Counted from the first letter of the stretch, positions 10,070-20,208 are shown. The stretch is DNA of 47,458 nt from Candidatus Bathyarchaeia archaeon (GCA_049517415.1 JBEKSC010000022.1:1-47458); one strand, 5' to 3'. Notes: generated by a model not told the origin, from the letters alone. Translations and numbers: made by a program.

Positions 10070-10990
10070 ATGCCAACGCTAAGAGAACTACAAGTCGAAG
10101 AACTCTACGGCCCAGGCCATCGCCTCTGCGCTGGATGCGGCGCATCGATTACAGCTAGGATGACGCTGAAAGCAATGAAGCGACCGACGTATGTTGTAAA
10201 CGCAACCGGTTGTCTTGAAGTGGCAACCACAATTTACCCCTACACCGCTTGGCGTGTTCCTTGGGTTCACGGACTTTTCGAAAACGCCCCGGCTATAGCG
10301 AGCGGAGTCGAGACATACCTCAAATCAAGAAACGACGGCAAACTGGATTCAGACATCATAATATTCGGCGGCGATGGAGGAACTTTCGATATTGGCCTAC
10401 AAGCACTGTCAGGTGCCTTTGAAAGAAGACACGACTTCGTGTACATATGCTACGACAACGAGGCATACATGAATACCGGAATTCAACGTTCAAGCGCAAC
10501 CCCAGAAGGAGCATGGACAACAACCACACCAGTAGGCGTGGCTTCGCCTGGGAAGACAGGGCCAAAGAAGGATCTAATCGCGTTCGCACTAGCACACCAC
10601 GTGGATTACGCAGCTACCGCCTCAACCGCTTACTGGAGTGATTTCATCACGAAAGTACAGAAAGCAGCGGCGGTCGAAGGCCCAGCACTAGTTCATGCCA
10701 TAGCCCCATGCCCACTGGGATGGCACTTCAAGACTGAGCAAACAATCCAGATGGGAAGACTCGCAGTACAAACGCGCTACTTCCCCCTGTACGAGGTCGA
10801 GAAAGGGAAGTACAAACTCAGCGTAAACCCACATGCTGAGCCTCTTGAGACTTTCCTCCGGATGCAGGGCCGATTCAGCCACCTCTTCCAGCCACAGTAT
10901 GCCGACGAGCTAAACACGCTGAAAACTCAAGTAGACCAGAAGTGGGCTGCACTCCAAGAGCTCTGTCAGGGAAGACACCCAACGTGGTGA
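10070..10990 (+). CDS. porB: 2-oxoacid:ferredoxin oxidoreductase beta subunit (TPP-binding)
   Basis: GHRLCAGCG; GGDGG...YDNEAYMNTG; PCPLGW. Confidence 0.94.
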   Translation: MPTLRELQVEELYGPGHRLCAGCGASITARMTLKAMKRPTYVVNATGCLEVATTIYPYTAWRVPWVHGLFENAPAIASGVETYLKSRNDGKLDSDIIIFGGDGGTFDIGLQALSGAFERRHDFVYICYDNEAYMNTGIQRSSATPEGAWTTTTPVGVASPGKTGPKKDLIAFALAHHVDYAATASTAYWSDFITKVQKAAAVEGPALVHAIAPCPLGWHFKTEQTIQMGRLAVQTRYFPLYEVEKGKYKLSVNPHAEPLETFLRMQGRFSHLFQPQYADELNTLKTQVDQKWAALQELCQGRHPTW

Positions 10991-11030
10991 CGTAGTCAAG
11001 TCGAACTCAGATGTATGGAGGTGAAAATGA

Positions 11031-11162
11031 TTGGGAACGATCGGAAGGTGCGCTGAGTGCCGGGATTGTTATGGCAATAATTGTTCACAATGCACAATTT
11101 GCGGAGCATCAGCATACGACGTGTGCCTTCACTGCCCACCGAGCATGATACTTGGAGGGTAA
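11031..11162 (+). CDS. 43-aa cysteine-rich microprotein with C-terminal GG (below the ORF-track cutoff)
   Basis: Perfect SD GGAGGTGA (11017-11024) 6 nt before a TTG start; reads MGTIGRCAECRDCYGNNCSQCTICGASAYDVCLHCPPSMILGG*. Confidence 0.6.
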   Translation: MGTIGRCAECRDCYGNNCSQCTICGASAYDVCLHCPPSMILGG

Positions 11163-11247
11163 GAACGCCAGACGTACCATCATTTTCTTCTCACTTCGTA
11201 CTGCCTCGAATAAACCGTTTAAAGGAGAGCTGGTTTTCTAGGTCTCA

Positions 11248-11365
11248 GGGCCGGTAGTTCAGCCTGGTATACTCAACTTGTGGCTGAGGCCAAAGAACGT
11301 CCGGTTCGCATTCACCTGAAAGAAAAACCGGAAGGCCGCGGGTTCAAATCCCGCCCGGTCCACCA
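11248..11365 (+). tRNA. tRNA-Ala(CGC) with two introns: 21/22 (11271-11294) and 37/38 (11311-11326); CCA encoded
   Basis: Acceptor GGGCCGG/CCGGUCC with G3:U70; anticodon stem UCCGG/CCGGA; both inserts form BHB-like motifs. Confidence 0.9.
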
Positions 11366-11480
11366 TCAACTGAAGCGGAGTTCGACTTCATTCTTCAGAG
11401 CAATGGATTAGCCTATTCCAGAAAGCGAAAGTAACATTAGGGCTGGGTCCAAAAGAATTCCAAGTTGGGTTTAGCGTCTT

Positions 11481-11876
11481 ATGGCAAAGTCGGACAGATG
11501 GCTCTCTCTTCTGCTGATTGTGATGGCGTTGCTGAGTCTTGGCGGCTTAATGTATCCGTCAACTCCAGGTAAATCGACGGCCACATATTTCACCACCTAC
11601 ACTGAATCCACAACATATTCGCATATATTGGGTCCGATTCTTGTGACGGTTACACTTGCTACCGGAATGTACTTCGAGACCTCCGTGCCAATCCCGCTCT
11701 CCTTCATGATAAGTTACTACGATTCAGTGCACACTGCATTTTCGATTCTGACGTTCAACGCACCCTATGCGGCGGTTGGACCATTTGGTCTTCTGGCAAC
11801 CTTAGCAGCAGTCTTGGTTTTCGCGGTGGGTATTGGACTGCTATTGAGAAGCCGGCAGAAGCCTAAGCGCAAGTAG
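11481..11876 (+). CDS. Hypothetical membrane protein
   Basis: N- and C-terminal hydrophobic segments; basic tail. Confidence 0.6.
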   Translation: MAKSDRWLSLLLIVMALLSLGGLMYPSTPGKSTATYFTTYTESTTYSHILGPILVTVTLATGMYFETSVPIPLSFMISYYDSVHTAFSILTFNAPYAAVGPFGLLATLAAVLVFAVGIGLLLRSRQKPKRK

Positions 11877-12308
11877 AATCAAGCTTCGACTACGTGTGTG
11901 ACCATTCGTGACCGTTCAAATGTGTTTCGAGTAACTCTATTAGCAAGTGAGTGAGATTCGCCTTCCATTCATTCATTGTGAGGAGTTGCCGATATGGTGA
12001 GGCCAAAGGTGGCAGATGAAAATTCATCTAGAGAGAGGTTGACTCAACCATCCATTATCCTCACAATTCTTGCGTCGTTGATCGCATTCGCGTTTGCATT
12101 CAAGTCGCCAGAACTGACCGCGTTCTTCTTATCCACCTTCACGAGAGTTCAGCAATTCTCTGAGCTTTATGCTCACTTCGATTTCGCATTTGTCCGCACG
12201 CAGGCGGAGATGCTGCAGAATTTCTCTGGTCAAATGATAGGCAAAGGAGATTTGTCATCATTCGACCTTCGGCCTCAGCCTTCGTCAATAGGAGTGAGGC
12301 TTCGGTAC

Positions 12309-13028
12309 ATGTTCATGGTTGCGGCGACCGACATTTCAATTATCATCCCAACTCTGAACGAGGAGAAATACCTGCCTAGATGCCTCAGCTCTCTCAATAA
12401 CCAGTCACGGAAAGAAATCCGCGAAGTCATAGTTGTAGATGGAGGTAGCACTGACGGGACCGTTGAGGTGGCACGAAAACACTCGGACAAGGTTTTGGTC
12501 AAGCCCGGGGAAGCCGTGGGAGCATCTCGGAATATCGGTGCGACAGAGGCCAAGGGAGAAATTCTCGCCTTCATCGACGCTGACACAGTAGCATCTGTTG
12601 ACTGGCTCGAGGAAATTGCCCGCTCATTCCAAGACGACCCCACCGCGGTTGGAGTAACGGGCCCAACAATACCATATGGTGGGACCAAGTTAGACGAGCT
12701 CGCTTACCATGTAGCGACGGGATGGGCCCAGCGTTTGTCACTGAAACTCGGTTTACCACATGTTGCTGGCTTCAACTGCGCCTACAAGAAGGGAGCGTTT
12801 TGGAAGGCCGGAGGATTCGACGAGAACAGGGAACTATCCGAGGACGTAATGCTCAGCCTGAGAATTCGCCATGAAGGACGAATCCTATTCAACCCTGACA
12901 TGGTGGCCTACACCTCGCTCCGTAGAATCAAGAAATATGGTTACCCTTACTTGACGACGTACTATGGGATCAACGCTGGCATGCTGCTACTATTCAACAG
13001 AAGCCTTGCCTACCCGAAGATCCGCTGA
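12309..13028 (+). CDS. Glycosyltransferase family 2 (frame is open back to 11994; start uncertain)
   Basis: ISIIIPTLNEE; VVDGGSTDGT; FIDAD; ED motif. Confidence 0.9.
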   Translation: MFMVAATDISIIIPTLNEEKYLPRCLSSLNNQSRKEIREVIVVDGGSTDGTVEVARKHSDKVLVKPGEAVGASRNIGATEAKGEILAFIDADTVASVDWLEEIARSFQDDPTAVGVTGPTIPYGGTKLDELAYHVATGWAQRLSLKLGLPHVAGFNCAYKKGAFWKAGGFDENRELSEDVMLSLRIRHEGRILFNPDMVAYTSLRRIKKYGYPYLTTYYGINAGMLLLFNRSLAYPKIR

Positions 13029-13050
13029 GATATCTACCGAGCTTCCAGGG

Positions 13051-13674
13051 TTATCTACTTCTTCCCCACACGTTTGACACTCGTAGGGACCACATTATGA
13101 TTAAGGGAACATACCAAAAAATCACTCTCAACGGCGTTCCATCAAGCCTCCATGCAAGGAACTGAGGTAGCGTGCTTACCAAGTAAAGAAATGCCGAGAA
13201 GAAGAAAGCATTTCGATTCATCCTTTGCCGACCTACCAGGCGAGTTGGGACCAGCCTCCTCTCCTCAATAGTCAACATGTTGGTGAAGAGCCCCAAGATT
13301 GCCATAAGACCAGCTAGGTCTAAGGCGTAAACAATGGAGGCCTAATCGAACATCGAAACTGTTTCTGCAATATTAACAAGGCTGAGCAAATATGGCTCAA
13401 TGGATACTAGGAAGAGTAATGCTATGTTCAAGGAGACTGCTGTTGCAGTTTCTAGCGGGAGCGCGGACATTATCCAAGTGTAGCGTAGCCACACCGAAAT
13501 CAGAATTATGAAACTAAATCCGAAGCCGAGGACGGCACTTCGAATGTCAGCTGGCGTACTTGGGGTTTTACTGACGAGAGTCAACGCACCGATCGACAAT
13601 GCCAGGCCAAATACAAGGTCGGACAGAGTTTCAATGCGTGGTCGGGGAATCGGCCCAACTCTGTTTCGAGGCAA
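13051..13674 (-). pseudogene. TMEM175/DUF1211-family K+ channel-like gene interrupted by an in-frame TAG (13342-13344)
   Basis: RIETLSDLVFGLALSI resembles the RxxxFSD signature. The two ORFs share one frame and are joined by ASIVYALDLAGL after the amber codon. Confidence 0.7.
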
Positions 13675-13768
13675 CAGGTCTCATTCAACCAAAATGGTTC
13701 TGCAACGTTTCTTATCGCACCAGAGCCTCACCGGGAACCCCTAAAGGTCTATTTCCACGGCCGTACAC

Positions 13769-13951
13769 ATGATTCATATGCGAATCCACTTCTGGCCTCT
13801 TCTGGTTGGTGCGTTGATCCTCATTTGGGGAATCGCAACGCTGGCGAGTCAACTTCTAGGAATTAGAATACCCATATCTTGGTGGGCGGTACTCGCAATA
13901 ATCATAGGTCTTTGGATTCTCTCGCACGCCATTCGTAGACCTCAGGCATAG
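13769..13951 (+). CDS. Small 2-TM membrane protein
   Basis: Hydrophobic 60-aa ORF (GALILIWG...WWAVLAIIIGLWIL). Confidence 0.65.
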   Translation: MIHMRIHFWPLLVGALILIWGIATLASQLLGIRIPISWWAVLAIIIGLWILSHAIRRPQA

Positions 13952-14094
13952 GCATCCGAAACAGGCGCAAATCGCGCTTGTTTTTGGAGTGGCAATGCTC
14001 GGGCAAGTGTTCTCGACGATGCAGCGTTCAAGGCTTTCGGGTTCTGTCATGTTGCCGATGGGTATCTTGATGCCGTAAGGAGGTTACCGCATGG

Positions 14095-15339
14095 CTAAGA
14101 ACTTGCCAGCTGGTCGGCGCGAATCGTTATTGCTCTATGAGCCAACTTGGAGAGTTGTGATTCTAGGGCGGTTTTCTGTTTGAGTATATCCTTACCGACT
14201 TCATCGATTCTTCTTTTCACTTCCCTGTGACGTGCGTCAACTGTTTCTTTTTCGTGGCGGGCTTGGGCCAATGATTCTTCGGCTTTATCCCTTTTCTCGA
14301 GAAGCCCATTAGCGCGCAGTTGCCTGAGTGTTTCCTGAATGTTTGCCTGAATGGTCAAGTATTCTTGACGCATTGCCTCGATAGCTCCGTTCTTGACGCT
14401 CAGAATTGTTTCCTGCGCTTTTCGTTTTTTCCGTTCTTCGACGTCCAACTCATTGCGCGAAAATGCGTCATCCAACTGTCCTAGGACTTTGAGGATGGCA
14501 AACGTTTGGCCCGTTGCTAGAGTTTCAACGGGTGATTCGACCAAGCCACGCAAGGTTTGAGTGTCAAGACCAGGACTCTGCTTGGCCGATACTACTCTCT
14601 CAAGCTTGACAAGCGGCTTTATGACCGGTTGAAGGAACTGCCTCATTTCATCCTCCTTTGTACGAATCAATTCCTGGTAACGTCGCAATTCAAGAAACTC
14701 TCCTTGCGAGGTCAATTCCATCTGGTCTCGTAAGAGATCGTTTTCTCGCTGAGAGATTGAGTGCAAGGTGCTCACGCACTCCGTTTCATCTTTCCTTAGC
14801 GCGAGAAGGTCATCTAGCCTCCGCGCTAGGATGTCTGCTTCTCTTCTGATTGATTCGATCTTGGCTCCGGGTGACTCATCCAGTGCTGCGCCTAATGAGC
14901 GCACGGAGTTTTCGAGTTTTGCTAGCGCGGTGTTTAGAGCAGCCATTTCGGTCTTTAAGCCTCGGTGAAGTTTGGGAAGATACTTTCGGATAGTCACTAT
15001 GATTTTGTTGAGGGCATGAATGGATTCTTCATGGAATTTCTCAGCGTCTGTAAACTTTGTCTTGGGTTCGGCCTGGGTAAGTTCATCGACTGTTTCTTGT
15101 ATTGTGTGTGCTAAGCGCATCCCATACTCAGATGCAGCCTTGTCCATGGTTCCCCACGCATTTTTCACACTTGATTCAAATCTGCCAGCGGTGATTGAAA
15201 GTGTGCTTGAGCTTTCTCTTATCGCCTTTGTCCTTTCCGCAAAGCGTTTTTCATGATCTTTCATTACGTCTCGTGCCAGTGAGTCGCAGAACTCAATGAC
15301 TTTCTCGATGGGGACCTCGCTAGCACTCAGGATGATCAA
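14095..15339 (-). CDS. Hypothetical coiled-coil protein
   Basis: 414-aa helical, E/K/R/L-rich ORF. Confidence 0.8.
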   Translation of the reverse strand: MIILSASEVPIEKVIEFCDSLARDVMKDHEKRFAERTKAIRESSSTLSITAGRFESSVKNAWGTMDKAASEYGMRLAHTIQETVDELTQAEPKTKFTDAEKFHEESIHALNKIIVTIRKYLPKLHRGLKTEMAALNTALAKLENSVRSLGAALDESPGAKIESIRREADILARRLDDLLALRKDETECVSTLHSISQRENDLLRDQMELTSQGEFLELRRYQELIRTKEDEMRQFLQPVIKPLVKLERVVSAKQSPGLDTQTLRGLVESPVETLATGQTFAILKVLGQLDDAFSRNELDVEERKKRKAQETILSVKNGAIEAMRQEYLTIQANIQETLRQLRANGLLEKRDKAEESLAQARHEKETVDARHREVKRRIDEVGKDILKQKTALESQLSKLAHRAITIRADQLASS

Positions 15340-15380
15340 CCTGTCCGATGCCCATGAGAATCAAAGGCAGAATTAAGCTT

Positions 15381-16259
15381 CTATTGATTATCTGCATCTG
15401 GAGTAATTTGTCTTTTCGATGACCGCTCAACTGTTTGAGCCACCGCTAGGCCTAATTCTTGACAGGCGGCCTTTCTGACCTCCAGCGCGTCGTTCGATGC
15501 GGTTCTCTGGACTTCATCCAGCTTGGCCTTCAATAATTCCTGGCGCTCTCTTAGGTGTCCCCTTTTTACCTCGTAATTTGACCTCAATTCGTCTAGTTCA
15601 TTTTGAAGCAATGTCCCCTCGTGATCAAGGTGAGCTCTCTTCGATTGCAGCGCACTCGTGCTCGCGTCGAGTTTCGCGCGAGACCTTTGTAAAATTCTTT
15701 CCACAATTGAAGGTTGCTTTCGAAGAAGTTTGAGTCGTCGCTTGTCGATTGCATCAATTTCGTTCCGGATCTTCTCCAATGCCTTTTCATGTCTTTTTCT
15801 AGCTTCATACGTTACAGTTCTATACTCGTGTTCTAGTTTTGAGAGCTCAAGCTCGAATGTCCTCAATTCTTGCAGTATCTTTGATGTTTCTCCAGAACTG
15901 GTTTTCTCTGCATCGACCTGTTTGCCCAGTAGGTCCCGGAGTGAGGACAGACGGTCTTGGACGGTTACTCTGTACGCTTCGTCCGCCATTTCAGGCAGCT
16001 TCGTCTCGAATTCCATCAATACCGCCTCGACATCCTTGATCCACCGTTGAAAATGTTCGGAGAAAGGTGGAAGAGCGAAACGTTGTGTGCCTAGGTGTTC
16101 GAGGGCGTTCAAAATTCTTGAAGAAACTTGTGACGGATCGATTGGTGCTTCTTCTAGATAGGATGTCGGGGCGTCGTGTTCGCCCCTCCTCTCCTTTGAC
16201 TGTTTCTTGGTTGATGGCCTACGGAATCTTGTCCCGCGCATTCTGGGCTTGGAGCTCAT
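15381..16259 (-). CDS. Hypothetical coiled-coil protein
   Basis: 292-aa charged heptad-rich ORF with a basic N-terminus. Confidence 0.8.
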   Translation of the reverse strand: MSSKPRMRGTRFRRPSTKKQSKERRGEHDAPTSYLEEAPIDPSQVSSRILNALEHLGTQRFALPPFSEHFQRWIKDVEAVLMEFETKLPEMADEAYRVTVQDRLSSLRDLLGKQVDAEKTSSGETSKILQELRTFELELSKLEHEYRTVTYEARKRHEKALEKIRNEIDAIDKRRLKLLRKQPSIVERILQRSRAKLDASTSALQSKRAHLDHEGTLLQNELDELRSNYEVKRGHLRERQELLKAKLDEVQRTASNDALEVRKAACQELGLAVAQTVERSSKRQITPDADNQ

Positions 16260-16302
16260 GCTTGGTCAGCTTCCAGTTCATTGTATATGTGAAAACCCAT
16301 GG

Positions 16303-16860
16303 CTAGACCCTTGTTCCAAGCCGCGTTTTCTCGAGCCAAGAGTAATGCAATGCTAAACCGACAACTAAGCCACCCACGTGGGCCAAGAAACCGCCACCCG
16401 CGAAGATGTCGAGGCCTATGAAAAAGACCATTCCCACAAGGCCTTTCACGCCCCCAGCTGCTCCTAGCAATCCCCATATCGCACCAGAAGCGCCAACGCC
16501 AATTGCGTCCCCTCCTAGGAACAGGAAGGCGATGTTCCCAGCAAGCCCACTCGCAAAATATGTTATCAGCCACTTTCGGGTAGAGACATGCTCTTCCAGA
16601 GATGTTCCGAATATCAAGAGAAAAACCACGTTTCCGCCCAAGTGCGTTGGATTCGCATGTAAGAACATGGCCGTAAGCAGCATCCATACTGCGCCGTGCC
16701 ACACGTCAGCGTTAACTTGGGCCAGCGGATAGAACATTTCATAATTCAATGAAAGAATATTGCCTCCTGCAACTCCCAAGGCCAAGTAGACTATTACTAG
16801 GATTACTGACATCCAGACTGAGGGTGAATCCCTGATTCGTGAATTGTGCCCGCTTTCCAT
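16303..16860 (-). CDS. Rhomboid-family intramembrane serine protease
   Basis: TAMFLHANPTHLGGN; GASGAIWG (catalytic Ser); AHVGG (catalytic His). Confidence 0.92.
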   Translation of the reverse strand: MESGHNSRIRDSPSVWMSVILVIVYLALGVAGGNILSLNYEMFYPLAQVNADVWHGAVWMLLTAMFLHANPTHLGGNVVFLLIFGTSLEEHVSTRKWLITYFASGLAGNIAFLFLGGDAIGVGASGAIWGLLGAAGGVKGLVGMVFFIGLDIFAGGGFLAHVGGLVVGLALHYSWLEKTRLGTRV

Positions 16861-16934
16861 CGCTTTGCCTCGCCTGGGCTTTGGCACTTCCTCTAGTCCG
16901 ATTTAATAAGTGAAATCGCAATGTCAGGGAAATC

Positions 16935-17819
16935 GTGTCAACAGCTTCAGCGGAAGCATTTCAAGCTGGCGAACGCATCGCCGAGCTTTCTGTAATCACC
17001 CTAGTCAGCATCGGGTTAGTGGAGCTCACAATCGGATTCTGGACGGGGAGCCTCGGACTCAAAGCTGATGGAGCAGACTCAATCTCTGATTCTGTGATTT
17101 CTCTCATCGTATGGCTTGGGCTGCATTATTCCAGAAGGCGGCCGGATGCGCGTTTTCATTTTGGTTACCAGAAGGTGGAAAGCCTATCTGCGCTCATTGT
17201 TTCAATAGGAATGTTGGTTCTAGCAGCCTACGTAATGTTTCATGCCTACGCAGCCTTCCTAAACCCAAGAGTGATAGCCTATCCGTATCTAGCTCTCGTA
17301 ACGCTACTCGGTTGTGGAACAATCTCAACCTACCGCGCATTTCAGATGCGGAATGTGGCGAATAGGTACGGCTTACTGTCACTTCGGACAGATGCGAATA
17401 ATTCGATCAAGGATGGAACTGCCTCATTCGTAGTCTTCGCTAGTGTTCTCGGCGCGTCCCTTGGATTTCGGCAACTCGACGCCGTGGGAGGAATGATAAT
17501 CGCCGTCTACATAGTCGCCGTAGCATACATTGCCTTCAGGGAATCCTCTCTAATCCTGTTGGACGCATGCGAAAGTCCCGAGTTGACATTTGCTTTGGCT
17601 GCAGCGCTCAAGACTGTGGAAGGAATTCGAGGAGTAACAAGCATAAGGTTGCGGCCTGCCGGCCAATTTCTAACTGGAATAATCACTGTTTTAGTCGACG
17701 GTTCCAAGAGCGTGACGGAGACTGAGCATTTGCGCAGGAAGTTACTCGAGATAGTCTCAGCGGTCATCGAGCCTGTAGGTGAGATGTCTATCGTCTTTCG
17801 GACCGATCCTCAATCCTAG
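16935..17819 (+). CDS. Cation diffusion facilitator (CDF) transporter
   Basis: ADGADSISD; HFGYQKVESL; TM domain plus C-terminal dimerisation domain. Confidence 0.9.
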   Translation: MSTASAEAFQAGERIAELSVITLVSIGLVELTIGFWTGSLGLKADGADSISDSVISLIVWLGLHYSRRRPDARFHFGYQKVESLSALIVSIGMLVLAAYVMFHAYAAFLNPRVIAYPYLALVTLLGCGTISTYRAFQMRNVANRYGLLSLRTDANNSIKDGTASFVVFASVLGASLGFRQLDAVGGMIIAVYIVAVAYIAFRESSLILLDACESPELTFALAAALKTVEGIRGVTSIRLRPAGQFLTGIITVLVDGSKSVTETEHLRRKLLEIVSAVIEPVGEMSIVFRTDPQS

Positions 17820-17837
17820 CAAGAATTGAAGACATGG

Positions 17838-18473
17838 TCATAGGTGGTCTATGAACTCGTACCATGAACGCAGTTTTACAAACTTATCAGGGAACTTGTT
17901 CCCCGAATAGATCAATGGGTTGACCGCTCCGAAGACTGCAAAGTCGGCGAGGCTTGGCTTCTCAGCGACGAGGAAACGATGGTCTTTCAACATATCTTCG
18001 ACGATTTGGAAGTGGTCCTCCATGTCGGCCTTGAATTCGGGCCGTCTGGCTTCCAAGGCTTGCAGAGGACCGCGCCTTGATTCCTGCATTTCGATGAATA
18101 CCCAGCGTTCCAAATCGTCCTTGAACGTCTTGGGGAAATCGGCGACAGCATACCGCCATACAATATCCTCAAGCCGGTAATGTGCCCAGTCTTCGATCGC
18201 TTTCGTCAAAGCTTTGGTTCTGTCCGGGTAAATTGTGGGGTTGGGTTGCAGTTTTTCTAAGAAGTCGGGAACGCTTGAGTAGGTAATGACCTGGCCATCG
18301 TTCACTATGGCGGGAACATAATCCTGTCCAGTCGCCTTGATGAGTTCCCTCTTATCGTGGTAACCGACGACTTTCGTTTCGAATTTGATCCCTTTGTAAT
18401 CCATGATTTTTCTGGCTTTAACGCACCAGTGGCTGAACGGTTCTTCGAAGAAAATGAGCAATTGACAAGCCAC
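17838..18473 (-). CDS. Glutathione S-transferase family protein
   Basis: SHWCVKAR; GQDYVP; PSLADFAVFG. Confidence 0.85.
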   Translation of the reverse strand: MACQLLIFFEEPFSHWCVKARKIMDYKGIKFETKVVGYHDKRELIKATGQDYVPAIVNDGQVITYSSVPDFLEKLQPNPTIYPDRTKALTKAIEDWAHYRLEDIVWRYAVADFPKTFKDDLERWVFIEMQESRRGPLQALEARRPEFKADMEDHFQIVEDMLKDHRFLVAEKPSLADFAVFGAVNPLIYSGNKFPDKFVKLRSWYEFIDHL

Positions 18474-18481
18474 CTCGATCT

Positions 18482-19216
18482 CTAAGTTTGAATTTTCTCT
18501 ACGAGCAACATTTTTCCAAGCGTAGTTAATGTGACTTTCGTCTTTCCCCTAGCGTGCCTGGATGCTTGAGCTAGGCCTAGGTCAATTAGGCCTCGCGCGT
18601 CCTCCGAACCATGAATATGGTAGCTAAGTAGGGGCTTACCATAGTTTGTTAACTTGCTCAATTCATCTAGGCTCTCAACTTCTCCCCCAGCTTTATCCAA
18701 AGCTCTGAGTATGTTCAATTTCACGTCAGAAACCATCTCAGTATAACTGAGCTTCATTGGGGGAAGCATGACGCATGCATCTCCCTTGCAGAAGAATGCC
18801 TTAAAACCCAAGATGAACGACGTGACGGCGGCAGCGATGCAAATCATTTTATCTCCGCTGCTAACGTTTAGGAGGAAATCATCGAACTGCTCTTGGTTCT
18901 TGCGAACGATATCTGAGAAAACCTGCATGATGTCTTTGTACGAATGTTCAGGCCTAACCGTGTCGTATACCTCAACCTCAACCTTGAGTGTGTCCGAGAT
19001 CCTTGATGCCAAGCGTTTGGCGCTCTCCTTTTCGTGGTCATAACAAATCAACGCGAGCTTGTTTGCGGGGGCGTTCCTGACTCCGGCTAAGACTCCTTCT
19101 GAATCTTCGCCTACGGTAGCTATTTGTAGTGTCTTCCGGAAAGTACCCCCCGGTTCCTCCTCAGAATCCTTTGTACGCCGGCTAGCGACTTCCGCAACGC
19201 TCAACGGTTTTCGCAT
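18482..19216 (-). CDS. CARF-like (DUF6293/Csa3-like) domain plus winged-HTH transcriptional regulator
   Basis: Rossmann-like IATVG...LNVSSGDK; C-terminal wHTH (SLDELSKLT..KPLLSYHI..LIDLGL..LTTLGK). Confidence 0.75.
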   Translation of the reverse strand: MRKPLSVAEVASRRTKDSEEEPGGTFRKTLQIATVGEDSEGVLAGVRNAPANKLALICYDHEKESAKRLASRISDTLKVEVEVYDTVRPEHSYKDIMQVFSDIVRKNQEQFDDFLLNVSSGDKMICIAAAVTSFILGFKAFFCKGDACVMLPPMKLSYTEMVSDVKLNILRALDKAGGEVESLDELSKLTNYGKPLLSYHIHGSEDARGLIDLGLAQASRHARGKTKVTLTTLGKMLLVEKIQT

Positions 19217-19371
19217 CCCAATTCCTTTGAAGACCTCCTGTTGAAGTAAAGCTTGCTGGTCCTCGAAATGTCAAGTCCTCCAGACGGCCTCTAGGGCACT
19301 TCCATACGGCGTCGGTTCAGTCCCTTCCAAGACTGGATAATTCTTCTAAGTCACGGGTTACCTAACCATGT

Positions 19372-20196
19372 GTGATTGCATTGAGCCTCAAGATAGGGTG
19401 CAGCGGCTGGTCGTACGCAAATTGGGTTGGCCCATTCTACCCCAAAGATACTGCGCCGCAAGATTACTTGAAAATCTATTCACGTGTATTTGACTGCGTA
19501 GAGATTGATTCCACATTCTACCGCGCCCCATCACCAACAATGGTGCAACAATGGAACCAGATAACTCCATCCGGTTTCATTTTTGCGCCGAAACTCCCAA
19601 AACGGATTACACATGACCAGAAACTGAAGGAGGTTTCGTCTTACTTGGAGCATTTCGAAAGGACCCTAGGCCAGCTGAGGGAGAAGCTGGGCCCATTCGT
19701 CGTGCAACTGCCTCCGTCTTTCAAGTTTCCCAAATATGAAAAAGCCTTCACAGATTTCATCACAACACTCGACCCACAATACAAGTTCGCCGTAGAGTTC
19801 CGGCACAAATCGTGGTTCAACCCAACAGTGGAAAAACTACTCCAAACCAAGAAAGTCTGCCAAGTCTGGTCAGTGAACCAATACTTGACCACCCCCCCCA
19901 CTGTAACATCGGATTTCGTCTACATGCGGTTCGTTGGGGACAGGGAACTCACTCAATTCGGCAAGGTACAGAAGGATCAGTCTGAGGTAACGAAGACTTG
20001 GAGTAAGACGCTGCAAGAGGTTGGTAATGAAGTAAGGGAGCGCTTCATTTTCTTCAACAACCATTTCGCTGGTTTCGGTCCAGCCTCAGTGAACGAGTTC
20101 AGACGACTGATGGGGTTGGTTCAACTAGACTGGTCAGGACCAAAGGAAGGTGAGGGCCCGCAGAAAACGCTCTTCGACTTCTCTAAACCACGCTAA
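19372..20196 (+). CDS. DUF72 (YecE-like) protein
   Basis: IGCSGWSY; VEIDSTFY; QLPPSF; EFRH; FFNNH. Confidence 0.92.
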   Translation: MIALSLKIGCSGWSYANWVGPFYPKDTAPQDYLKIYSRVFDCVEIDSTFYRAPSPTMVQQWNQITPSGFIFAPKLPKRITHDQKLKEVSSYLEHFERTLGQLREKLGPFVVQLPPSFKFPKYEKAFTDFITTLDPQYKFAVEFRHKSWFNPTVEKLLQTKKVCQVWSVNQYLTTPPTVTSDFVYMRFVGDRELTQFGKVQKDQSEVTKTWSKTLQEVGNEVRERFIFFNNHFAGFGPASVNEFRRLMGLVQLDWSGPKEGEGPQKTLFDFSKPR

Positions 20197-20208
20197 TTTA
20201 ATGTCGGT

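Noticed and set aside
11994..12308. N-terminal extension of the GT2 ORF as a fused domain
   Set aside because: The GT2 fold begins right after Met 12309/12315 and the extension has no recognisable motif. It cannot be excluded, but it is unsupported.
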